64,000 nt of DNA, taken from the NCBI GenBank assembly GCA_023920165.1, contig CP089280.1:1-64000 (forward strand), in the 5' to 3' direction. The notes beneath the pieces are model-generated. The model was not told where the DNA came from. It ran no database searches and was given only the letters and a program-made list of their open reading frames with translations. The translations under genes and the position numbers were made by a program. The stretch comes from Curvularia clavata (taxonomy: Eukaryota). Positions 25,049 to 38,704 of the stretch are shown in pieces. The first letter of the stretch is position 1; each line of letters starts with the position of its first letter.

Positions 25049-26696
25049 ATGATGAAGTCCACGGCATTTTTGACGGTCGCAGCTTTGGCACCAGCCATTC
25101 AGGCCCAGGCCGGGATGTATCAGCAATGCGGTGGCATAGGATTCAGCGGCTCTACCACCTGTGTTTCTGGCGCCTACTGTTCCAAGATCAACGATTGTGA
25201 GTGACAATTCGGTACAAGTTCATACTCGGTATGCTAACTTCAGAAAGACTACTCTCAATGTCTTCCAGGAACAGGGACTGGAGGCGGAGCCGGCACAACC
25301 ACAGCGCCTAGTACTTCTATTCCCACTACGCTACAGACCAGCGCTGCTGCTAGTACTGGTGCATCGCCCGTGACGACCGCAGCTCCATCTGGATCTGGGA
25401 CTCCAACATCCGGTGACTCGTCGAACCCTCTGGCTGGAAAGGGTTTCTACGCCAACCCCTTCTATGCCTCTGAGGTCATCAGCATTGCTGCTCCATCATT
25501 GGCCGCTGCTGGCTCATCTGCTCTGGCTGCCAAGGCTACCGAAGTGGCTAAAGTCGGTACCTTCTACTGGCTGTAAGTTATATGTCATGTGATTGCAGGA
25601 GGGTTGCTGACGAGTCTGAAAGCGATGTCCGTGCTAAGGTCCCAACTATTGCAACATTCGCGAAAGACGTGCAGAAGCAAAACGCTGCTGGCGCTAACCT
25701 TGTCTTGCCCCTTGTGGTCTATGATCTCCCTGAGCGTGACTGTGCCGCTCTCGCATCCAACGGCGAGCTTTCGCTTGCGAACAATGGAAGCGCATTGTAC
25801 ACTGACTACATCAACCAAATTGCCGCTCAAATCAAGGCCTTCCCTGATGTCACTTTCTTGCTCGTCATCGGTGAGTACCAAAAGCCGACCCAGTAGTCCT
25901 GTGCTAACTCAAGCAGAACCCGATAGTTTGGCCAACCTTGTTACCAACCTCAACGTTCAGAAGTGTGCGAACGCCGCTACCGCTTACAAAACCCTTGTTA
26001 CTTATGCTATCAAAACCCTCAACATGAAGAATGTCATCATGTACCTCGATGCTGGACACGGTGGATGGGTAAGTTTCCTTTACTGGCTCTCCTGCACATT
26101 CAGCTGACTCTCGGAAAGTTGGGTTGGCAAGCCAATCTTGGACCTGCTGCTGATTTATTTGCTGGACTTTACAAGGATGCTGGCTCTCCTGCTGCTGTCC
26201 GTGGTCTCGTTACCAATGTTGCCAACTACAACGCCTGGACCATCGCCACCTGCCCATCATACACTCAGGGTGACTCCAACTGCGACGAGAAGCGTTACAT
26301 CAACGCTCTGGCTCCTCTTCTCAAGGCTAAGGGCTTCGATGCTCATTTCATGACTGATACCAGTATGTGAGGTCCACGTTCACTCAAACTAAGCTAACTT
26401 GAATGTCAGGCCGCAACGGCGTACAGCCAACTAAACAACAAGCCTGGGGCGACTGGTGCAACCTCATTGGAACTGGCTTTGGAATCAGGCCATCGTCAAA
26501 GACTGACGATCCTCTCCTTGATGCCTGGGTGTGGGTTAAGCCAGGAGGTGAATGCGATGGTACCAGTGACACGTCTGCCGTGCGATACGATGCCCACTGT
26601 GGTCTTGCTGATGCTCTTAAGCCTGCTCCCGAAGCAGGAAAGTGGTTCCAAGCTTATTTTGAGCAGTTGCTAGTGAATGCAAATCCAGCCTTCTAG
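25049..26696 (+). CDS. cbh2: Cellobiohydrolase II (signal peptide, CBM1, S/T linker, GH6), multi-exon
   Basis: QQCGGIGFSGSTTCVSGAYC CBM1; VYDLPERDCAALASNGE, EPDSLANLVTN, YLDAGHGGW and WVKPGGECDG GH6 motifs; five GT-AG introns. Confidence 0.97.
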
Positions 26697-27357
26697 CCGC
26701 CGACAGCTCCATGAGCTTGTTGAAGGTCCGAGCGACACATCTAGACTTTCTTGCACATAGCCTGACTCCCGAAACTGTGTAGGAAACAATATATATATAC
26801 ATATAGACAACATCGTATATCAACGAAGTGCTTCCTGAATCTGCTTGATTTCACGTTCCACACTGCAAAAAGAAGTGAGACAAGGCATCACCGTGGGACC
26901 TAGATCATATCACGCTCTTGCAGGCGATATTGTGATGTTCTTCAAGGGATCTATAGTACGCCATGCCTGCCGCGATGAAATGTGCGCAAGACATACGTCC
27001 AAGTATAGAGGAAAATATCCGAACCTGTCAATAATAACTTGAGTACCTTCTTGACTTTTCGAGTCGGTTCTCTGTATGTATACAGCTCGATTAGGCAAAG
27101 GCGGCCCAACTCCAATGGGGCTTTGCTTGCGACTTGCAACGCCAAGATTGGCTCCAGCCGAGGCTAGTTGCCAACTAGGTCACTTCCAACCCAGCAACAA
27201 CGTCCATCATAGCTTTCGTCAGCCAGATCTTTATATTCAAACTGCAGGTCGATACGAGTCCTAGAGTTACTATTCTTTTTGATCATTTTTGAGGACGACG
27301 CTGACTTGACTCCGCTCCGCCCAACTAATCACCTTTCGCAATCAGACTATGCGAGTC

Positions 27358-28451
27358 ATGACTACTCTGGTTCGTCCACGAACTGTGCTCGTTACAGGGT
27401 ACGCATCCCAGCTTAGTACATCTTGATTTCGGCATTCATTCTATAATGGCAAAGGCAAGCTGAAATGAGAGGACTGACTGATGAGGTTCATATAGCTGTA
27501 CTCCAGGCGGAATCGGACACGCCCTCGCTGTCGAGTTCGCACAGCAAGGATGAACAGTCTTCGCAGCAGTCAGATAGGACGAGGCTGCAATTGCAGTCAA
27601 GCAGGGCGGCATTAGAGCATTGCGACTTGAAGAGAGTGTTCAGAGTTTATATGACCAAGTGAGGGAGAGTACTGGTAGACGGCTTGGTATACTTGTGAAC
27701 AATGTGTGAGTCAAACCACACCGCAATCCTTCTTTTTCACGGAATCATCTGAAGCGAGCAACATATAGTGGTGTCAGCCATACAGTGCCAGTACTGGACC
27801 TGAAGCCGGACGAAGTGCAAAAAGTATTCGAGGTCAATTTGTTCAGCATCATTCGCATGGTCCAACTGTTTGCACCCCTTCTAATCGAGGCACATGGCAA
27901 GGTCGCCAATATTGGCTCGGTTGCAGGCACTTTGCTTTATGTGTTCGGCGGTATGTGGTTTCTGGACCAACGCATGGCCTCTTACTAAAGAAATCAGGGT
28001 GCTACAATGGATCAAAGGCGGCGTTGATTTCTTACACCGACGCTCTAAGGATCGAGATGGCACCTTTCAAGCAGGTGTGGCTTCTCCATTGGATGTTGGT
28101 TCTGTGCTTGTAGACTGACGTTGGCAGCGTACAGATCGTCTTGATCGTGAGTAGCGGTGTAAAAAGCAAGATATCAGAAGTGAAGAAGCGGCTGCCTCCA
28201 GATCCTCTACCCTACCCAATTGAAGAAGATTATCTTACGTGACAAGGGAACTCGCAAAGTAAGATTCACAACAATCAATTACATGATGACAGCTAAAAAG
28301 AAAACAGGGACTGCTATACCCACCTCTAACTATGCCCAGAAGGTAGTGTACGATTTGCTTCTTCTAAAGACGGCTTTATGACTCTGGAAGGCCGATCAAG
28401 CTTCCGTTTTACGAATCTTATCCTGGTTGTTGCCTTTGAAATTCTGGGTAG
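27358..28451 (+). pseudogene. AYR1-like short-chain dehydrogenase/reductase, disrupted
   Basis: TVLVTG|CTPGGIGHALAVEFAQQG*TVFA with an in-frame TGA; FEVNLFS, NIGSVAG, catalytic YNGSKAAL; further lesions downstream. Confidence 0.8.
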
Positions 28452-29899
28452 GAATCCCCTCTATCATTCTTTTTACGTGTCGCTGACAGTGTAGGATAAT
28501 TACTTTTCCCGAGAATTCGGTCTCACTAAGTTGAAGATCAGGAAGTAACAGGTCTAGGATAAATTTGAAATCATGAGCGGCATAAGCTATTATGCACTTA
28601 TTGCAGTGATTTAGAAAATGTCGGATGTACTTTCGGTCCATGTCAAAAATTGTATGACCCCAATTACATTGCGCAACGTCATGCATGTGAAGGGAAACAT
28701 CACAATCACCCTCAATTATGCATAGGCTGTGTGCGAGACACTGAACTATGATGTGGGCCCATGATTGGTGGCCTCCATTTTCGCTAAGTGTCAAGCTACC
28801 TACATAGAAGACAGTCATTCATTATTCGCTCCGGTCGGATGGTAATTTCTTAACAACGAACAAGTACATATGAGGTTTAGTTGTCTAAATCCATCGTTTT
28901 TTAATCTGCCTTGACGACAACCCTATAGCTGAACAGGTTGGCGAGAGATACAGGTTGCATATATTGCCCTCTGGAAGCAGCTTGTTGGGCAAAGTCTGTC
29001 TGGTTATCGACTCCAGCCTTTTGCATCGATGAAACATCAAATTCAGCAAGGATTCTTTGATCACAAAGAAGAACAACAGTAAGCTGCGTCCGGCTCGGCA
29101 AGGTGCAGAGTAGAATAGAAAGCCTTGTGACAGTAATTGCTCCTCTATTAGCCTCCAGATTTTACACGGAAGTGTACAACGTTTTCGAGCAGTTGAGCAT
29201 GTCAAGAGAATAAGTTGAAATGTGATTTCCCTTTTGCAATTTGTTTCTCACAGCCACAGATCTTGACCAAACACAATTTGGCCCCTCGGCAAATGTCTCT
29301 AAATCTACTGGCTGCGACACAGGATGTAGCGTTCATGTTCGCAGGATGAAGCTAATCAGTGGATCAAGCTGAGCTTTAGGCCATTTCCAGTATAGAGGAC
29401 ATACCTGGATCTTTACGCATCTGATCAAGATGCATATTCGTATATGATAGGCACTTCTCACATAGCCACAATTGGGACCGCAATATTCTCCTCTACATTT
29501 GCGCAGCAGTATCAAAACGGAATACAGAACTTCGGGCGGGCAGAAATGCAGTTAGATGTATGAATCTCTCCACTTTCATCCCAGCGTATGAGTGCAGGAA
29601 GATAAACGATGTCTGATGTTCGCCAAGATTGGGGGCTTAGAGGAGCCGAACAACGCTGACATGCAGGTCGACAGCGTCAACGATAGTTCCCTCTCGCCAA
29701 TGTGTTTGACAAACCCATGAAACATCACATCACAAACTGCGGGGACGAGGCTCAGACTCAATGAAGGCTGATAAGAGAAAATGGCCAAGTACAGCAAGGT
29801 GGAAATCGATTTAGTTGTGTATATGTAGACAAGATATTATCAGTGGTGGCGCAGCAATCTACAAACTTCAGCGCGTCACAAAAGGGATCAAGAAAAGCC

Positions 29900-31124
29900 A
29901 CAAGATCACATAAAATAAAGCTACGCTTAGTTCTTCGCCTCCTTCTCGAAGCTCTTCTCCTCAAGGATGAACTTTCACATCACCTCCGCCGCCGTCTTTC
30001 CACCATCCATGGCATTGAGCTTTACCGCCAGACGGCCTCGCTTTCGCTGCATAGCTTGGCTCCTTTAGCATCATTAGAATGTTTGAGCGGATGTTCTTCG
30101 CTTTCTAAAACTGCTTCTATATATAGATACCTGCTCTAGCATTTATTATATTATTAAGATTTATTTGCTACTTCACCTAAGGCGCAACATCTATAAGTAG
30201 CTTTTCTACTACTAGCGCACATTACACGGTTTCTTGGCCGCTATAGATAACAATAACGTTAGCGCTGGCGTAGAGGGGGCTATTAAGAACGATTTTCTTA
30301 GGAATGCAGTACATATATTCTTAGTAGAAGATAGAGTAGTTGTTGACAATGTTCAGGTTAGATATATTTATATTAAAAAGAGAGATAGATCTATTGATTA
30401 GCTATCTGCAAGCTACGGCTGCGGCTCCCAGTCGCTGTTGTTAAAAGATAGGAGCTTTTACTATCAGGCCGCTAGTCTACCATGCCACCTTCTACTAGAT
30501 AGGATAGGGTAGCCGTGTGAAGAGAGGCATAGGATCTGGAAGATCACAGATCAGGCTATATTGGAACGCCCCTAGATGAAGCGGAATAGGCAAGAGGTTA
30601 ATTGTTTGAATTCCTAGTAAGCGTATAGCGATAGAAGCAGGTGCCCATATGCCATGGAATATAATATTAAACTTAAGTTCGTGGAAAGCTGTTAAGTTAG
30701 CCGTTAATAAAAGATTGTTCTATCTCTTCTAAGCTAAAAAAAAACTTAGACTAGTTTTAGGTAAGATCGTAAGTGACTAAAGTACTCTTAATGCGAAGTT
30801 GAGCTAGGATAATATTAAAACTAGCATCTATAATTTAGTATTCAAAGCAGGATTCGCAGGATAAGAAATCTATCTTAAGGTCAACATCTTTAGGACATTA
30901 GTCTCGAAATGGTTTTGCTATCGCAATAGCTCGAGTTGTGTCTCCTGCATCTTGCCGTACTAAGGTAGCGCACCTGATAGCCGAGTCAACCTATAGGTGG
31001 CGTAGGTGGCGGCTGAGTCATGCTTTTGGGCCTGTGATCTTACAAGACCCCTATAATTTTGAAATTATGGTGAGATTTGAAGTGGGTGGGCAACCTGGGT
31101 GGGCGTGTAACCCATGAGGTACGT
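29900..31124 (-). mobile_element. Degraded DNA-transposon relic with one recognisable end (left boundary approximate)
   Basis: TA-ACGTACCTCATGGG...CCCACCC end at 31124, similar to ends near 2475 and 18369. AT/TpA-rich interior. Confidence 0.4.
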
Positions 31125-31560
31125 TACTCGCTGTCGTCGTGTTTTCTATCTGACGTGGTAGTGGCTCCGCCAAGTCAGAAAACTGGTCTTGGCAGCACAT
31201 TTGATCAGCGTTTTTCGTCAGTTCTTCTGCTTACCCCGCCGTTGGATCTCCACTTGTTCCAGAATGCCACCAAATTAGAGGCTTTGCCCAGGTCGGTCGA
31301 ATATCCCCATATGTATACAGCTGCAGTAAGCCGGAGATCAATCAATAATTCATACCTTGATCCAATGGTCGGACGATGAACGGTAGAAAATTTGCCGTGT
31401 GCGGAACGTGACCTGTCTTTGTCGTGCAGATGGATGAATTTCCCTGTTCGCGATATATTTGTAGAGGAGCCAGACATATAGTAGGTAACCGTCAAGACAG
31501 CATTCTACCACAACCTTAGTCTTGCCAGTTCCATTCCCGCAGGACGAAAATTTGCCAGCG

Positions 31561-33388
31561 ATGGCACCATCGACCTACTCACAAAACGCTGCGCTGCTCT
31601 CACAGGTGCGGACACTCGCTATCACCTACCCACTGCAGCTTGTTGCTGCCTTTATCGTTCTTCGTCTGGTTTTGAATAAGTTTCAACGACACTTAGTCTC
31701 GATTCCAGGCCCGCCAGTAGCTGCATGCACCAAATTCTGGAGATTGTATGATGTCTGGAAGGGCACAGCGCACCTGACTGCAATAGACTTGCATCGAAAA
31801 TACGGCACTCTGGTCCGCATTGCACCCAACCATGTCTCAATCGCCGATCCTTCCTATATTCCTGTTATCTACAACATCAAAGAGAACTTTACCAAGTCGG
31901 CATTCTATCCCATCCAATCCGTGTCGTGGAAGAAGAAGCCCGAGATGAACCTGTTCTCCACACGAGATCCAGATTACCATCGAGTGGAAAAACGTAAGGT
32001 TGGCGCTGCCTACAGTCTGCCCAACATTCTCCAGTCGGAAGAGGCGATTGACTCTTGCATATCACTGTTCATGCAGAAGCTCGACGAGTTCGCAAGGATC
32101 CAAAAGTCATTCGACCTGGGAGCTTGGCTACAATATTTTGCGTTTGACGTCGTCGGCGAGGTCACGTTTGCGAGCAAACTGGGGTTCTTAGACCAAGGCA
32201 GGGATGTGGATGGCATGATGAAGGCGATCGAGGGTATGCTTACCTACGCTGCTCTGTGCGGGCAGGTTCCCGAGTATCACAAGTATCTTTTGGGGAACCC
32301 GTTGTTTACCATGTTGATGCCAGCGATGGAAACGTGGAATCAGGTGCTTGTTTTTACACTCAAGGCGATCAATGGACGGGCGTCGATTAAGCGGGACGGA
32401 GAGCTCATCAACGCCGATGTGGAGGGCAGGGATATGCTTTCGAGATGGGCATACGTTAAGTCTTCGGATTCACTGAAGATGAGCACCCGTGATATCATTG
32501 TGCACTTGTCGGGAAATGTTTTTGCAGGTATGTCTTTCCACCTACGGGGCGCAGTCAGGGTGGTAATTCACTGATTTCGACTGAATTTACCTCATGAATT
32601 TTACAGGAAGCGATACCACGGCAATAGCTCTTCGAGCTGTGATTTACTACTTGTGCCGCCACCCCAAATGCATGGCCAAGGTGGTTGAAGAGCTCGACGC
32701 AGCCGACAAAGCAGGCAAACTGAGCACGCCCATCAAATACAAGGAGTCCACGAATGACCTACCGTATTACAACGCCGTGTTGAAGGAAGCTATGCGCATC
32801 CACCCGTCTGTCGGGTTGCTGATGGAACGTCATGTGCCTGCTGAGGGTATTAAGATTGACGGCCACTTCATCCCTGGCGGCACCATCGTCGGCATCAACC
32901 CGTGGGTGACAAATCGAGATCCAGCAGCATTTCCTGATGCGGAAGAATTCAAACCAGAACGATGGCTCGAAGCTTCTGAGGCGCATTTGAAGCAGATGGA
33001 CAGTATTCTCGAATTGAACTTTGGCGGTGGGAGCAGGAAATGCATTGGTAGAAATATTTGTGAGTTTTCCTGATTCCATTATCTTTGCGAGTTCATAAAC
33101 TATCTAATCATGGCTCTATCTCTCTATTGTGCCGTCAGTGATAGGGTAGTCACAGTTTGTCAGGACATCCTATCTGTTATGTTGTGTTTTTTCTTGAGAA
33201 GTTTGAAATACTAATCACTTTAAACCTCTACTACAGCAATGATCGAAATGCAAAAAGTCGTACCACAATTACTCCGAGAGTTTCACGTCGAATTGACCCA
33301 TCCAGAGAAGGAGTGGTATATTCGTAATCATTGGTTTGTCCAGCAGAATGGTGTGATATGTACCTTAAAAAGAAGGAAAAAGGGTTGA
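31561..33388 (+). CDS. Cytochrome P450 (pisatin-demethylase-like group), 3 exons
   Basis: AGSDTTA I-helix split by intron 32529-32606, KEAMR, FKPERW, FGGGSRKCIG heme motif; second intron 33060-33236. Confidence 0.95.
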
Positions 33389-34461
33389 AGTTATTGTTGT
33401 CATTATGGATCAGGGGTTTTTAATGTCTCTTATTTACTATCAAGGTAGTTAAACTAAGTCGGTGACATCCATCCCTCCGTCGTGCAAATCCCTTCGTGCC
33501 GCGACGATTCTACCAATTTGGCATCACAACCATCTCTGCATTGTATCTATCGCTCTGATATGCTATACTGTCATTCAATAAACTCCTTCCTATGAAGACA
33601 AGTCTTGCGGCGAAAAATTACAGGGCGTGGAGCTATGCCGCCACAGCGAGCTGAAATCATAATTCCGGTCTCCCCGATATGGACCTCGAACCAAAACTCA
33701 TCATATCAAGACTAGGAATCCTAACTTCAGACACGAAAGGCAACATCTATATAGTAAACATCTCTATATCGACTACTCTATCAATTTCCAACAGAATTAA
33801 GGTCTCAATCTGTTGGGCCCTTAGGTAAGGCTGACGTGCGGGGTAGACCTAGGCGGAGTCTATCAGATATATACTTTTCTATGCCTGAGATCAGTAGAAC
33901 GCTGATTCATCGTACCTTTTTGGTTGTAGTAGCCTAGTGGCATAGAGCTGAGCTTCTAACAAAATCGATCTTCATGCTCGATTCTCCAATAGGGTGGCTG
34001 CCTAGGCGGTAATAATATAGTTGAAAGTAATGTAAGATTATGCTTCTGTAATTGCTAAGCGTAAAATTATGACTTCGAAAGTATATTTAATCTTCTTTTT
34101 ATTACTTTATTTAAGCATTGAGTGGTGGTGTAGTAGTGATGATGGTTTTGCGTACAGTTGGCCCAATTTGGGCCAGATCCTGATAATCTTAGATGCAGCA
34201 GACCGAGCGGCTAGATAAAGGGGAGGCAGTTGCAAGCATCCAACATGATGCAGGCGCGTAGGCTCCTTCCTGACGCTAAGAAGGAAGGGCCGGGTCCCTC
34301 ATTAAGTATTAGTGGTCTTGGCGCTTACTACTGTCAACAACAGACGCTAAGCGACTATCTCGACCACGCAAGACCTCTCTCTGCTTAACACTGCATAAGC
34401 GCAACTCTACTGTGTACTCGCTTTCTATCACCCCTAACGCTTGAACCCTTAGTTGATCGCT

Positions 34462-35769
34462 ATGCGTCGCCAAGCTACCTGTAACCTACTTGCCACCTTG
34501 TCTCACCCGCCCTGGACGAGAAGCCTTGATCGAGAAGTGTACATGACGCCAGGCGGAGAAGAAAGAATTCCTTTCCATGTATACGTCCAAGCTAGAAGCA
34601 CCCTTACAGTTTCATCACGACACAACGCAACCTTATCGAATTTCCACCAACTTCCAGAAGAGATCCAGCTTCATGTACTAGCTATGTGCTCTACTAGTAC
34701 CCTCTTTCAGCTTATGCATACTTCTTCCAAGTTCCGCACGGAAGCTTCAAAGCTGTTTTGGGGAAAGGGAGATGCATATGTCTTAGTTGAAGCACAATGG
34801 CTCTTCAACGAAGCCTACGCAGGCCAGTCATTTTGGGACATGGCCTTTCTCACTAATGTGCAAAACATCGAGATTGAATGTCGGGCTGAAATTAGGCAGC
34901 AAATATGCGTACAACGAGACGACTTATGCGACATTCAGCACGACCTAGTTGATACTTTCTGGGCCTCGCTAAAAGACAAGTTTCCTGATGTTAAAAAGGT
35001 CATCTTGAACCACAACGAGGAAAGTGCCAGCTGGGATAAAGAGCCGTTTCCGCTAGCACTGCAGCTCCTGCTGCGAGCCTGTCCCAAGGGCATAGAATCC
35101 TCTCTCCTCTTTCTCGAGAGGGAGCCGCAGCCTCATCTGCTTGCCGGAACCGCAGATTGGCGTACTGGTGCGTGGCACCGATGCTCATTCCAACTAGCAG
35201 GTGACGGAGAGTGGCACAAGAGCGAGCCAAAAACATTTCGGCAAACAATCTTGATGCCTCCAAAGCAATTCAAAGGTCCAGTGGGGCGTTACAATGAGCT
35301 CAAATATCAGTGCTACTATAAGATTCCTCTTCAGCGATTCGGGCTGTGGCCACTTATGGTGGAAGCCTTGGACCGGCATCACTCTAGTCTCGAACGCGAT
35401 ACGTCTTTTGTTTGCCCTCTGTCTAGCTGCGCAGCTTCCTTCTGCCAGGCTGGAGAGTGGACAGTTCATGCTGCAAAGACGCATTATCAAGAGTGGAAAA
35501 GACTGCTAGAGATGTTGCCTGATAGTAGTGTGGGAGCTAGACTGAAGGAGCGTAGCCAAGCGCTAGATAGAAAGACGAAGCAAGTGCAGGAGCAGTTCAA
35601 GGAGATAAGGGATGCATGGATGACAACTGACGAAGCAACAAGAGCAAAGATAAAGCGCAGCTGGATTGAGCAATTAGGTAGCGATGCTGCGTGGGAGACT
35701 AGAGGGAAAGGAGAGGAGAGTTGCCTTTGGGCTGAGTTTATGCGGGATCTGCACTCTGATTACTATTAG
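34462..35769 (+). CDS. F-box-like domain protein
   Basis: FHQLPEEIQLHVLAMCSTSTLFQLMHTSSKFR and a C-terminal CPxxxC...H...H zinc-finger-like motif in a long intronless ORF. Confidence 0.75.
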   Translation: MRRQATCNLLATLSHPPWTRSLDREVYMTPGGEERIPFHVYVQARSTLTVSSRHNATLSNFHQLPEEIQLHVLAMCSTSTLFQLMHTSSKFRTEASKLFWGKGDAYVLVEAQWLFNEAYAGQSFWDMAFLTNVQNIEIECRAEIRQQICVQRDDLCDIQHDLVDTFWASLKDKFPDVKKVILNHNEESASWDKEPFPLALQLLLRACPKGIESSLLFLEREPQPHLLAGTADWRTGAWHRCSFQLAGDGEWHKSEPKTFRQTILMPPKQFKGPVGRYNELKYQCYYKIPLQRFGLWPLMVEALDRHHSSLERDTSFVCPLSSCAASFCQAGEWTVHAAKTHYQEWKRLLEMLPDSSVGARLKERSQALDRKTKQVQEQFKEIRDAWMTTDEATRAKIKRSWIEQLGSDAAWETRGKGEESCLWAEFMRDLHSDYY

Positions 35770-36682
35770 AGTAGAGTATACTTGGGTAGAGTGCGAAGTG
35801 CTTTATAGTATGTAGAAATAGGATTAGCTATTAGATGAAATAAGTAAAAGAGAATAAGAGAATAGAAAAGAAGTATCTACAAAATAGTAACAAAGCGCGA
35901 GGTACAGATAAAAAGACCTTTAAATGTACATTTAGACGCTCTATTCGTAATAGATGAAAGTAATAGAACTAACTTGATATATGTTACTATACGAAGCTTT
36001 CGGGTTTGTAATATAATATAATAAAATTCATTCTATTTTATTACATTATGGAGTAAGAGCTTTGCCTAGGTATTAACAGGGACTAGCTAGTGGATAATGC
36101 TGCAGATGCTAGCAGATGAAACCATAGCTAGGCAATAATGCTAGAGAATGATGTTGTGTTTTCTACCCCATGTGTAGTGAAATTAGAGGATAATAGTGTT
36201 GGACTAACCGCGCGCACAGGCCACTCTTCAAGGACTAATAGTACAGTATCTTAGTTTCTAAAATTAAAGATGGCGGCTGAGTTATGCTTTTAGACCTATA
36301 ACCTTACCCTTAGGGTGTCTCTGGACATACTGTAACAATTATATATATTTTGCTTAGTTATAGACACCGAAGTTAATAGAATCTACATCGCCGCCATATC
36401 TACGCTTCAAACACGATAAATAACGAAGAGCAGAAATAAAATAGTTCTTCAGCGCGTAGCTTTGTTGTACGCTCTGCTGTCTACAGTATGTATAGATGTG
36501 TAAATACACTAGACCTCAAGGATATAGATTAAGAGGTACAGCTACGCTAGACTATAGTAGAAGAGAATCGGCACCTAGCTCGTGTTACATGGACTCAATT
36601 CTAGAGCAGGGTGTGCAATTGCCTGATACAAATGTTCGAGGGGTGGAGTTACGAAAGCATCATATAATAGGGGCAATAGTGC

Positions 36683-37822
36683 TCATACCCTAACCTGCAG
36701 CTCATTCTCCAAAAACTCTTTCGAGAACGGGTAGTCTGTGTAGCCATGTTTACTACCAATCTTGTAAAATGTCTCTCGGTTGTAGTCATTAAGAGGTATC
36801 CCACGTCTCATTCTGAATATAAGATCTGGCGTGGAAAGGAAAAAGCGTCCAAATACAATGATAATATTATCGCGGTTCCTGAAATCATGGTCAACGGCTT
36901 GCTTGGCCCGCTCTGGAGTAAAACCACCGGCGAGAAGAATTGGGCCTGGCCAAAGCTTGACTAGGGGCTGCAGGCTTTCTTCAGCTTCGACGTCTTTGTT
37001 TCCTGCTACGCGTGATTCAATAAGGTGAAGATAAGCAAGATTGAGCTTGCTAAGCTTCTCTACCAGATCGGAAAACTGTGGGATAATCTTGTACCCGTCC
37101 ATTTTCATGCCTTGGTATGTAGAGAACGGACTAAGTCGGAACCCAACACGCTCAGCGCCAATCGCATTTGCCACAGATGTAGCGACCTCAACCGCAAAAC
37201 GGGATCGGTTCTCATTACTGCCCCCATAAGAATCGGTCCTTTGGTTCACAGTGTCCTGGATGAACTGGTCGATCAGGTAACTATTCGCACCGTGGATCTC
37301 AACGCCATCAAATCCGGCCTCCATTGCATTCTTTGCAGCTTGTGCGTAGTTTTCAATTGTTTCCTCAATATCCTGGACAGTCATCTCTTTTGGAATGGCA
37401 GGTTCAACTTCAGACTGATCAGATCCTATATTCAACGGCACTGCGCTAGAAGATTTGACGATAATGCCTTCTTTCTCGGCGTACGCTTTGTCAACTACGC
37501 GACCAAGGGACCATAGTTGTAGGAAAATGTATGAGCCTTTCGCGTGTACAGCACCCACGACCTGTCTCCAGGCATCAATCTGTGCTTGTGAATATATGCC
37601 AGGGGCATTCCGGTAACCGCCATCTTGTTTCGAAATGTAAGTGGCTTCCGTAATGATCAAGGTTCCAGGTGAGGAAGCTCTCTGGGAGTAGTACTCTTTT
37701 GCCATGGGAAGTAGCACGCCATTGTCGTCGGCTCGATAGCGTGTCAGTGGGGACATCGCAATGCGTTGCTTTAGCAAGACTTTGCCGATTTGGACTGGCT
37801 TGAACAGACGCGATTCTGACAT
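36683..37822 (-). CDS. Old Yellow Enzyme family NADH:flavin oxidoreductase
   Basis: LFKPVQIG, MSPLTRYRA, EYYSQRAS, AGFDGVEIHGANSYLIDQF, YGGSNENRSRF, GYTDYPF. Confidence 0.96.
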   Translation of the reverse strand: MSESRLFKPVQIGKVLLKQRIAMSPLTRYRADDNGVLLPMAKEYYSQRASSPGTLIITEATYISKQDGGYRNAPGIYSQAQIDAWRQVVGAVHAKGSYIFLQLWSLGRVVDKAYAEKEGIIVKSSSAVPLNIGSDQSEVEPAIPKEMTVQDIEETIENYAQAAKNAMEAGFDGVEIHGANSYLIDQFIQDTVNQRTDSYGGSNENRSRFAVEVATSVANAIGAERVGFRLSPFSTYQGMKMDGYKIIPQFSDLVEKLSKLNLAYLHLIESRVAGNKDVEAEESLQPLVKLWPGPILLAGGFTPERAKQAVDHDFRNRDNIIIVFGRFFLSTPDLIFRMRRGIPLNDYNRETFYKIGSKHGYTDYPFSKEFLENELQVRV

Positions 37823-38704
37823 AGTGGTGGTGTCAATGTTTTCTGTGAGGTATTTCAAGCTCGATTGTTGAGAAGTATCTGGGAGATGTAGATGTTATAT
37901 GTGCTTCTCTGTAGGCGTATATCTAGGTTAGGACAGGACCCTGTTTTGGCATTGTTCATAATACGCCATAAACTACCGTGTAGTAATCCTGATGTTTGAT
38001 TAGTTTATATTATTTACTAATTTTGACTTTATCTGAAATGCCTCGGCTTTGGCTATGCCGCATTACCATTTGTCATGCTTGAATATGGCACTGTTACTCG
38101 CGTAGTTGTGTACGTATGCAGTTCCAGGTGCTTGGCTGACGTTATCTACGCTGAGCGACCAGGTCAACTAGTTAACGTATCAGATTAATAAACTCCGTGT
38201 CAGTAAGCTTTGCACCCCACTAAAACTGTCGCGACTCTCTTCCAACTTATTCATCCGGCCAGTTCACTCATCCTGTATATTAGCATAGGCTGCTCGCTAT
38301 CGGCTGATACCGGCTCCTTCTTGGCAGTACGTCCTATGGTGTTGAGACTGGGATCTCGTCCCACAAACGTTTTGATTACTCATCACTGAGCACATTTTTT
38401 TAGTGCATTGGACACTAATGCAATCAGTATGCATCGGCCGCTCTTTCTTTAGCAACACCTTAGGTATGAATGCGAGACCATCCCCAGCAAGACATATGCA
38501 GGGATTGATTACTTTTACGCACAGGACAGCGAATACATGTCCCTATTGCCGAACTAGGAAGCAAAAGTGTGACCAGAGTATACCAAGACGCAAATCCTCG
38601 AGTCGCGCAAGATTTGGCCGCCACGAGTCAGCGGTAATAGTGAGGTAGACAATAGTATTAGATTGTAGACACAGCTCTAACGTAGCAAGTTCTAGACACA
38701 GCTA

